From Flammeovirgaceae bacterium (GTDB lineage Bacteria > Bacteroidota > Bacteroidia > Cytophagales > Cyclobacteriaceae), in contig JAJTGY010000013.1 in NCBI GenBank assembly GCA_021298015.1, positions 15,445 to 79,444 on the forward strand: a stretch of 64,000 nucleotides of DNA, written 5' to 3'. Made by a program: the position numbers and the translations under genes. Under the pieces are notes generated by a model. The model was not told the origin of the DNA. It did no database searches and saw only the letters and a list, made by a program, of their open reading frames with translations. This document shows positions 28,161-35,317 of the stretch, piece by piece; positions within the stretch are counted from its first letter, which is position 1, and every line of letters begins with the position of its first letter.

Positions 28161-29510
28161 TCATAAAAGCTCGTTGGCGAGGTTGGCCAGTTCCGAGCGT
28201 TCGCCTTTCTCCAGGGTAACATGCGCGTACAGTTCGTGATCCTTCAGCCGGTCGATTAGGTATGAAAGACCGTTACTCTGGGAGTCAAGGTAGGGGGTGT
28301 CGATCTGATAAATGTCGCCCGTGAAGATAATCTTCGTGTTTTCCCCAGCTCTGGTAATAATCGTTTTTACCTCATGGGGCGTCAGGTTCTGAGCCTCGTC
28401 CACGATGAAACAAATATTGGACAAACTGCGCCCCCGGATGTAGGCAAGCGGGGTAATCACCAACTTCTCGTTCTGCACCATTTCGGTAATCTTCGAATAC
28501 TCTTTGTCCGATTCGCTGTACTGATTCTGGATGAATTTTAAATTATCCCACAGCGGTTCCATGTAGGGGTTCAGCTTCGACTTGATGTCGCCCGGCAGGT
28601 AGCCGATGTCCTTGTTGCTAAGCGGCACGATCGGGCGGGCCAGGTAGATCTGTTTATACTCCCGTTTTTGTTCCAGCGCGGCAGCGAGTGCAATCAGGGT
28701 TTTACCTGTACCCGCCACGCCCTGCATGCTCACCAGTTTGATTTCCGGCTTCAGTACTGCGTGTATGGCAAAGGCCTGTTCGGCATTTCGCGGTTTGATA
28801 CCGTACGCATTTCGTTTCTCCACTTGTTCGACCATGCCGTTGGCCGAGTTGTAAAACGCGAGCACCGATTTTTTTCCGCTTCTGAATATGTAGTAATGAT
28901 TTTTTCGCGGAACCTCCTTGCCTAACACCTCCTCGGGCGGGCAGTAGCCTTTATTGTACAGCAGGTTGATCACTTCGGGGTTCACTTCGTCAATCACCGT
29001 TTTGCCCGTGTGCAGCGAATTGATGTTTTGGATTTTCCCGGTGGTGTAATCCTCGGCCTGCAGACCCAATGCTTTAGCCTTCAACCGGAGGTTGATGTCT
29101 TTGGAAACCAGAATGACCTTCCGGCCTTTTTCTTCCTTTTGCAGTAGTAAGGCCGAGTTGAGAATCCGGTGATCAGCCTTGTCTTCGTTAAAAACCTTGT
29201 TGGCATCCACCGAGCCATTGCCACCGGTATCCATCAGCACTTTAAAATCCCCTTTGCCCTTACCATTGATGGGGTTCCACTGGTGCAGCATGTGGTTCTT
29301 AGCGAGTTTGTCTATGAGGCGGATGAACTCACGGGCTTCAAAGTTCTTGGTGTCGTTTCCCTTCTTGAAATTGTCCAGTTCCTCCAGCACCGTTATCGGG
29401 ATGCCGATGTCGTGTTCGTCAAAGTTGAGGATGCTGTTGTGTTCGTAGATGATGACTGACGTGTCGAGAACAAAAATTTTCTTTTCTGTCTTCTTAGTGG
29501 TTTTTGACAT
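28161..29510 (-). CDS. PIN-domain plus PhoH-family ATPase (YlaK-like)
   Basis: 449 aa. The N-terminal PIN region (FVLDTSVII, VSKDINLRLKA) is joined to a PhoH ATPase domain (GVAGTGKTLIALAAAL, FIVDEAQNLTPHE). Confidence 0.9.
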   Translation of the reverse strand: MSKTTKKTEKKIFVLDTSVIIYEHNSILNFDEHDIGIPITVLEELDNFKKGNDTKNFEAREFIRLIDKLAKNHMLHQWNPINGKGKGDFKVLMDTGGNGSVDANKVFNEDKADHRILNSALLLQKEEKGRKVILVSKDINLRLKAKALGLQAEDYTTGKIQNINSLHTGKTVIDEVNPEVINLLYNKGYCPPEEVLGKEVPRKNHYYIFRSGKKSVLAFYNSANGMVEQVEKRNAYGIKPRNAEQAFAIHAVLKPEIKLVSMQGVAGTGKTLIALAAALEQKREYKQIYLARPIVPLSNKDIGYLPGDIKSKLNPYMEPLWDNLKFIQNQYSESDKEYSKITEMVQNEKLVITPLAYIRGRSLSNICFIVDEAQNLTPHEVKTIITRAGENTKIIFTGDIYQIDTPYLDSQSNGLSYLIDRLKDHELYAHVTLEKGERSELANLANELL

Positions 29511-29758
29511 AGATGAAAAAGTGGGTGAGTGATACCGCGGCTACCGGCTTCTCCGCCTGAGAAGGTTGGGCAACAACGGGCGATTAAAACGAAAATCGCG
29601 GAGACACCACCCTCACAATACCACCTGGGGCATCGTTAGGGCACTTGGTATCTTCGCGACAATCCAATCGATGGTTAAACTTACAGACCCTCCCGAATTT
29701 ATCCAACCGACAGGCTAAGAATTTACTTTTGTCAGGTAACGATTTGGTAACGATAACG

Positions 29759-30424
29759 TCATCTCGGTAAGTACAAGTCGCCCTTCTCGGTCGGTAGAAT
29801 CTGAAGGACACGCGCCAGCACCAGCAAGATGAGCTTGCGCGATGCCTGAAACCGGCTTAGCCGCGCCAGGGCGCGAAACTGATCGAGTGTGATATGTGGG
29901 TTCATACCCAGGTAGGCCATCAGTTTCTGTTCGGCTTCGCCATAGTGAAAGCGGGTGTCCTTTTCTTTTTTCGCTCGCCTTACGATTTCCGCCATTTCGC
30001 GACTGGCCCGCAGGCTCATGTCACGTGATCGCACGAAACAGGCGGGGGCGCTCCCCCGCACGATGTAGTAGTGCGGCCTTCGCGGGCTCAGCGGCACTTG
30101 CAATTCCAGCACACTTCTTTTATTATTTACCGAAATGAAACGGTGCGCAAAGTTCAACGCGGGTTTGCAATGGCGTACTTCCTGCTGAATGACGAGCAAT
30201 TCCTCCTCGGGGTATTTCAGACCTTGAATACGTCCGTCATCTTCTACCCCCACCAAAAGGGTGCCCCCGGCCGTGTTCGCAAAGGCCAGCATTTCGCGCA
30301 CAATTTTGTCGGGGTGTGTGGCTTTCAGTTTAAACTCCAGATGCAGACCTTCGCCAGCGGCAATCAACTGGCGGAGTTCCCGCAGCCCGGTGGCGTTCAC
30401 CTCGTGCTGTTGCTCTACCCTCAC
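29759..30424 (-). CDS. AlbA_2 (Schlafen-type, 'divergent AAA') DNA-binding domain protein with a C-terminal wHTH-like region
   Basis: 221 aa. EGLHLEFKLKATHPDKIVREMLAFANTAGGTLLVGVEDDGRIQGL is the AlbA_2 signature E.K....i.k.i.AfaNt.GG.l.iGv.d.g.i.G. The gene starts 2 nt after the upstream AAA+ gene stop. Confidence 0.7.
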   Translation of the reverse strand: MRVEQQHEVNATGLRELRQLIAAGEGLHLEFKLKATHPDKIVREMLAFANTAGGTLLVGVEDDGRIQGLKYPEEELLVIQQEVRHCKPALNFAHRFISVNNKRSVLELQVPLSPRRPHYYIVRGSAPACFVRSRDMSLRASREMAEIVRRAKKEKDTRFHYGEAEQKLMAYLGMNPHITLDQFRALARLSRFQASRKLILLVLARVLQILPTEKGDLYLPR

Positions 30425-30426
30425 CG

Positions 30427-31965
30427 CTATCGCCTGCCTCGTGGCTGGTCCTCGTCATCTTCATCTTCATCATCGGCCTTGTCCTCATCTTCTTCGCCCG
30501 CTTGTGGCATGGTGAACATCGAGCTCATCAAATCTTTGAAATGAAGACCGGCCGTAAGGGGATGCTTGCTTAGCATGCTGTATTCGGCCAGGCCATGCAG
30601 GGCAAACTCCATCAGAAACAAATTCAACGCGCTATCGCCTTTATAAAAAAACTTGATCAGGTCGGCCAGCCCGGGCACGCTCCTGAGCGCCTTTTCATAA
30701 TCGGCAGCGGTCATGTCATTCAGCAGGTCCACCGTATTGCCCTCACCAAACCAATTCGTGATTTTTTTGTATGGGCTTTTTTCTTTCTGCTTGCGAAAGG
30801 TATCCGGGTCCGGAAAGTATTTGACAAACTCGGTACGCAGCGCTTTGCCAATCAGGTTTTGCGCCACAATGCCGGGCCCTTCCTGCTCGCCCTCGTACAC
30901 CAGTTCTACTTTACCGGTGATGGCCGGTACAACGCCAACAAAGTCGCTGATGCGAATGGCGGTTTGGTTCTCCTGGTTAATCAGTGCCCTTCGTTCAGCT
31001 GCGGCCACCAGGTTTTCAAGAGCCGAAATGGTCAGGCGAGCCGAGACCCCGCTTTTCGCATCTACGTACTCGCTCTTGCGCGCCTCAAACGCTATTTGTT
31101 CGATGAGGTCTTTGGCGATGTCGTTTACCGTAACGCGGTGTCGTTGGGCCGCGTCCAGCCGTGCCTCCTGTTCGGTGATTTTGCGGCCAATGTCAATGGA
31201 CTTAGGATAGTGCGTAATGATCTGACTGTCGATTCGGTCCTTCAACGGGGTTACGATACTACCGCGGTTGGTATAGTCTTCGGGGTTGGCCGTGAACACG
31301 AATTGAATGTCGAGTGGAAGTCGCAGTTTGAAGCCGCGAATCTGGATGTCGCCCTCTTGCAAGATGTTAAATAACGCGACCTGTATCCGCGCCTGAAGGT
31401 CAGGCAATTCGTTGATCACGAAGATACAGCGGTGGGAGCGGGGAATCAGACCGAAATGGATAACGCGTTCATCTGAGTAGGGCAGCTTGAGGGCGGCTGC
31501 TTTAATGGGGTCTACATCTCCGATCAAATCCGCTATCGATACATCGGGTGTCGCGAGCTTCTCGGTGTACCGGTCGTTTCGGTGTAGCCACGCGATGGGC
31601 GTGTGGTCGCCCAACTCTGCTACCAAGTCGCGGCCAAACCGCGAGAGGGGAGCCAATGGATCATCATTAAGCTCCGAGCCTTCAATGACCGGTACATATT
31701 CGTCCAGGAGATTAACCATGAGGCGGGCGAGCCGCGTTTTGGCCTGCCCGCGCAAGCCCAGAAGGTTGATGTCGTGGCCTGCGAGGATGGCCCGCTCAAG
31801 GTCGGGAATCACGGTCTCTTCATATCCCCAGATGCCGGCAAAGACATTTTCGCGGTGCTGCAGTTTTTGAATGAGGTTGTGCCGCAGTTCATGCTTAATA
31901 CTCCTGGCGTGGTAACCTGCCCCTTTCAGTTGGGCGAGCGTTTTTATTTTGTTGTGATCTTTCAT
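30427..31965 (-). CDS. ChlI/BchI-like (Mg-chelatase-type) AAA+ ATPase with an acidic C-terminal tail
   Basis: 512 aa. Motifs are INLLGLRGQAKTRLARL (a variant Walker A region), CIFVINELPDL (Walker B), and ALFNILQEG.IQIRGF...P.D..FVFTANPEDY. The tail is AGEEDEDKADDEDEDDEDQ. Confidence 0.7.
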   Translation of the reverse strand: MKDHNKIKTLAQLKGAGYHARSIKHELRHNLIQKLQHRENVFAGIWGYEETVIPDLERAILAGHDINLLGLRGQAKTRLARLMVNLLDEYVPVIEGSELNDDPLAPLSRFGRDLVAELGDHTPIAWLHRNDRYTEKLATPDVSIADLIGDVDPIKAAALKLPYSDERVIHFGLIPRSHRCIFVINELPDLQARIQVALFNILQEGDIQIRGFKLRLPLDIQFVFTANPEDYTNRGSIVTPLKDRIDSQIITHYPKSIDIGRKITEQEARLDAAQRHRVTVNDIAKDLIEQIAFEARKSEYVDAKSGVSARLTISALENLVAAAERRALINQENQTAIRISDFVGVVPAITGKVELVYEGEQEGPGIVAQNLIGKALRTEFVKYFPDPDTFRKQKEKSPYKKITNWFGEGNTVDLLNDMTAADYEKALRSVPGLADLIKFFYKGDSALNLFLMEFALHGLAEYSMLSKHPLTAGLHFKDLMSSMFTMPQAGEEDEDKADDEDEDDEDQPRGRR

Positions 31966-32004
31966 GAAGCGTTAATGAAATACATACAGCCGCAAATCTG
32001 GCGT

Positions 32005-33102
32005 TTACACGCGCTTGGTTCGGTTCCTTTTGAAATCTTCGAAGACCAGGTTGCCCAGTCCCTGCAAACTGCTGTAGTAGGCGTTACCATTGTTGGCCTT
32101 CGTAAAATCGCGCACGAACGATTTCAGATAGGGATCAGTGGCGATCATAAACGTGGTAACCGGTATTTTGATTTTGCGCAACTGGGTGGCGAGAGCCAAC
32201 GTGCGGTTCAGGATCTTGCTGTCAAGCCCAAAGCTGTTTTTATAATACTTAATTCCATGTTTCAGGCAGGTGGGTTTGCCATCGGTGATCATAAAAATTT
32301 GCTTGTTGCTGTTTTTGCGCCTGCGCAAAATGTCCATGGCCAGCTCCAACCCGGCCACGGTGTTGGTGTGGTAGGGGCCCACCTGTAAGTAGGGCAGGTC
32401 TTTGATTTCGATCTGCCATGCGTCATCGCCAAAAACCAGAATATCGAGGGTGTCTTTGGGGTATTTCTTGGTGATCAGTTCGGCCAATGCCATAGCAACC
32501 TTTTTAGCGGGCGTGATGCGGTCTTCCCCGTACAGGATCATGGAATGCGAAACATCGATCATGAGCACGGTGGAGGTCTGCGCCTTGAATTCACTTTCCA
32601 CCACTTCCAGATCTTCCTCGGTTAGGGTGAAGTCTTCAAAACCATGATTGATCTGCGCGTTGCGGATGGAGTCGGTCATGGCGATTTGCTCCAGGGTATC
32701 GCCAAACTCGTAGTCTCTGCGATCGGTATTTAACTCATCGCCCCGGCCGGCATGCGGTGTTTTGTGCTCACCGGATTTCGTTTTTTTCAGCTTCCCAAAG
32801 ATTTCCTCCAGGGCTGACTGCCGAAGGCTCTGCTCCGAGCGGGCATTTAGCCGGTATTCGCCCCGGGGCCCATCCTCGGTGATGTACCCGTTTTTCTTCA
32901 GGTCTTCAATAAAGTCCCCCATTCCGTATTTGTCGTTGGTCAATCCATACTGACGGTCTACTTCCGTGAGCCACTGCAAGGCTTCGCCCACGTTGCCGGA
33001 GGTGATCAGCACCAGTTGCATGAAAATTTTCAGCAGGCGTTCGAAATCCGATTTTTCGGATTGGGCTGGGGGTGTATAGTGGGCAAATCGGTGACCGAGC
33101 AT
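32005..33102 (-). CDS. von Willebrand factor A (vWA) domain protein
   Basis: 365 aa with the MIDAS motif LMIDVSHSM (DxSxS), followed by FMITDGKPT. An N-terminal helical domain of about 170 aa precedes the vWA fold. Confidence 0.8.
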   Translation of the reverse strand: MLGHRFAHYTPPAQSEKSDFERLLKIFMQLVLITSGNVGEALQWLTEVDRQYGLTNDKYGMGDFIEDLKKNGYITEDGPRGEYRLNARSEQSLRQSALEEIFGKLKKTKSGEHKTPHAGRGDELNTDRRDYEFGDTLEQIAMTDSIRNAQINHGFEDFTLTEEDLEVVESEFKAQTSTVLMIDVSHSMILYGEDRITPAKKVAMALAELITKKYPKDTLDILVFGDDAWQIEIKDLPYLQVGPYHTNTVAGLELAMDILRRRKNSNKQIFMITDGKPTCLKHGIKYYKNSFGLDSKILNRTLALATQLRKIKIPVTTFMIATDPYLKSFVRDFTKANNGNAYYSSLQGLGNLVFEDFKRNRTKRV

Positions 33103-33237
33103 GACTATTTATTAATGGAATGTTAACCTTTTGAAATCTGCCTAAATAACCAAATTTTTTTGCGGTATGTTTCCAATTTGACTAAACGAGACAATAAAAA
33201 TCGACAAAAGACAGTTTTGGGTATGGGAACCAATTTC

Positions 33238-33245
33238 TACTTTTG
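33238..33245 (+). promoter_or_regulatory. -7 promoter box (TACTTTTG) of the tiny lipoprotein gene
   Basis: Matches TAnnTTTG and lies 28 nt upstream of the ATG at 33274. Confidence 0.45.
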
Positions 33246-33273
33246 TACAAACCAACTGCAAACTATCTGAAAC

Positions 33274-33393
33274 ATGAAACGAGTGACCCTGATTACACTG
33301 GCGGCCCTAACCCTGCTGGTAGCCTCCTGTGCCAGCTATAGCTGCCCCACCTACTCGAAAAATCCTAAGGCCGAACAGCAAAAACGAATCTGA
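33274..33393 (+). CDS. 39-aa lipoprotein
   Basis: My own translation is MKRVTLITLAALTLLVASCASYSCPTYSKNPKAEQQKRI, with lipobox LVASC. It has its own promoter box and terminator and is below the ORF-track cutoff. Confidence 0.55.
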   Translation: MKRVTLITLAALTLLVASCASYSCPTYSKNPKAEQQKRI

Positions 33394-33413
33394 TTTTTCC
33401 GAAAGGATTTGAA

Positions 33414-33440
33414 TAAAAAAAGCCGCTTATGCGGCTTTTT
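33414..33440. terminator. bidirectional rho-independent terminator
   Basis: AAAAAAA-GCCGC-TTAT-GCGGC-TTTTT. It serves the + strand mini-gene and, on the other strand, the hydroxylase gene, whose stop lies in the loop. Confidence 0.7.
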
Positions 33441-34080
33441 GTGCTTGTGTCGGATTTTTTTCCGTCATCGTGCCATAGATGTAATCCCATAGCGGTGACG
33501 ATACACCAAAAACGACCGCCCCGTTTTTATAGTGATGTACACTATGGTTGATCCACAGGTGTTTCAGGAAGTTACGCGGAGGCTGATAGGCGTGCACCAT
33601 GTAATGAACCATGAGGTACATGGCATATCCGACCAGAAACCCGGGGAGGAATGCAAAAACCAGGTCGCCTATAACTAACCGAAAAGCAAACAGCAGGAGT
33701 GTGGCGATGGTGATGCTCAATACGGGCGGCATCGCGAGGCGATCTTTGTCTTTGGGAAACTCATGGTGTACTCCATGCATGGTATATTGGAACTTGGCAC
33801 GTTTCTCCGTATGAGTGCCCATGTGGAAAACATACCGGTGCACGTTATACTCCACCCAGCTAAAAAACACCCAACCGACAAAAAACAGAAGGGTGGTCAA
33901 CAGGGGCGTCAAGGTGGTGTGGGTGACACTCCAGTACAGCAGGCCTGCAGCATAACTGAAGAAAATCACCAACGGCACCGAAATGTGAGTGCGCGAGAGC
34001 TTCTCCAAAATCGGATTTCTAAACAGCACTTTCGTGCCTTTACTTTGAGGTTTTACTTCCGCTACCATGGCACACATCAA
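33427..34080 (-). CDS. fatty acid hydroxylase / sterol desaturase-family membrane protein
   Basis: 217 aa. The histidine boxes are HRYVFH, HGVHHEF and HSVHHY, and several TM segments are present. Confidence 0.8.
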   Translation of the reverse strand: MMCAMVAEVKPQSKGTKVLFRNPILEKLSRTHISVPLVIFFSYAAGLLYWSVTHTTLTPLLTTLLFFVGWVFFSWVEYNVHRYVFHMGTHTEKRAKFQYTMHGVHHEFPKDKDRLAMPPVLSITIATLLLFAFRLVIGDLVFAFLPGFLVGYAMYLMVHYMVHAYQPPRNFLKHLWINHSVHHYKNGAVVFGVSSPLWDYIYGTMTEKNPTQAQKAA

Positions 34081-34115
34081 TTTTCGCTCGCAAAAATATA
34101 TGAGGCTGTATTTTT

Positions 34116-35267
34116 CTACAAGCCCGTCAGTTGAACGCTCCCGGCTACCCGTTTGATTACCCGCTCATAATAGGACTCATACAGGGGCAGTATCCGGCTG
34201 ATATCGAATTCTTTTGCCCGTTTGAGTGCGTTGGCCTTAAAGGTCGCCAGGTTATTCTTATCCAAGATAAACAGGGCCTTGCGTGTCATATCCTCCACAT
34301 CGCCCACATTGCTTAGGAAGCCCGTGATACCCTGCACATTGAGCTCGGGTAAACCCCCGGTGTTGGAGCTTATTACAGGCACTTCGCAGGCCATAGCCTC
34401 CAGGGCGGCCAGGCCAAAACTCTCCTTCTCGGATGGCATCAAAAACAGGTCGGCCACCGACAAAACTTCTTCCACTGCCTCCAATTTGCCCAGGAAACGC
34501 ACGTTATCGTGTATGCCAAGTTCACGCGCCTGTTTTTCGGCCTTCGCCCGCTCCGGGCCGTCACCAATCATCAACAACTTGGCCGGTATCTCCTGCTGAA
34601 TATTATAGAACACGCTCATCACATCGCCAATCCGTTTCACCTTTCTGAAGTTGGAAATATGAACGACCAATGCTTCGCCATTGGGGCAGATTGCCTTTTT
34701 GAAGTGATCTTTCTTCTGCTTTTTAAATTTTTCGAGATCGATAAAGTTCGGGATCACTTCGATGTCATTCGTGATGCGGAATGACGCATAGGTTTCTTTG
34801 CGCAAATCTTCCGATACGGCCGTAACTCCGTCAGACTGATTTATCGAAAATGTAACCACGGGCTCGTAGGAGGCATCTTTGCCCACCAGCGTAATATCGG
34901 TGCCGTGCAACGTGGTTACCACCGGAATGTAAATGCCCTCCGTTTTCAAAATCTGCTTGGCCATGTAGGCAGCCGAAGCGTGGGGGATCGCATAGTGCAC
35001 GTGCAGCAAGTCCAGCTTTTCATCTTTCACCACACTCACCATCTTACTGGCCAACGCCAACTCGTAAGGCGGGTACTCAAAAAGCGGGTAGGAATGGAAT
35101 TCCACCTCGTGGTAAAACAAATTCTCACTCAAAAAATCCAGCCGGCTTGGCTGCGAATAGGTGATGAAGTGAATCGAATGCCCCTCTTTGGCGAGCGCCT
35201 TGCCCAGCTCGGTGGCCACTACGCCACTGCCGCCAAAGGTGGGATAACAAACAATTCCAATCTTCAT
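34116..35267 (-). CDS. bshA: N-acetyl-alpha-D-glucosaminyl L-malate synthase (GT4, bacillithiol biosynthesis)
   Basis: MKIGIVCYPTFGGSGVVATELGKALAKEGH.IHFI is the characteristic BshA N-terminus. The GT4 motif E.FGLAALEAMA is present and the length is about 383 aa. The start is trimmed to 35267. Confidence 0.8.
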   Translation of the reverse strand: MKIGIVCYPTFGGSGVVATELGKALAKEGHSIHFITYSQPSRLDFLSENLFYHEVEFHSYPLFEYPPYELALASKMVSVVKDEKLDLLHVHYAIPHASAAYMAKQILKTEGIYIPVVTTLHGTDITLVGKDASYEPVVTFSINQSDGVTAVSEDLRKETYASFRITNDIEVIPNFIDLEKFKKQKKDHFKKAICPNGEALVVHISNFRKVKRIGDVMSVFYNIQQEIPAKLLMIGDGPERAKAEKQARELGIHDNVRFLGKLEAVEEVLSVADLFLMPSEKESFGLAALEAMACEVPVISSNTGGLPELNVQGITGFLSNVGDVEDMTRKALFILDKNNLATFKANALKRAKEFDISRILPLYESYYERVIKRVAGSVQLTGL

Positions 35268-35317
35268 AGCTCCGTATATGGATATTAAACCCCGTTCAGG
35301 GGTATTTAGTTTCGAAT

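Noticed and set aside
29511-29811. A 75-aa ORF (29584-29811) lies in the spacer upstream of phoH.
   Set aside because: It overlaps the 3' end of the AlbA_2 gene, is Cys/Arg-rich and implausible, and is more likely phoH promoter or leader sequence.
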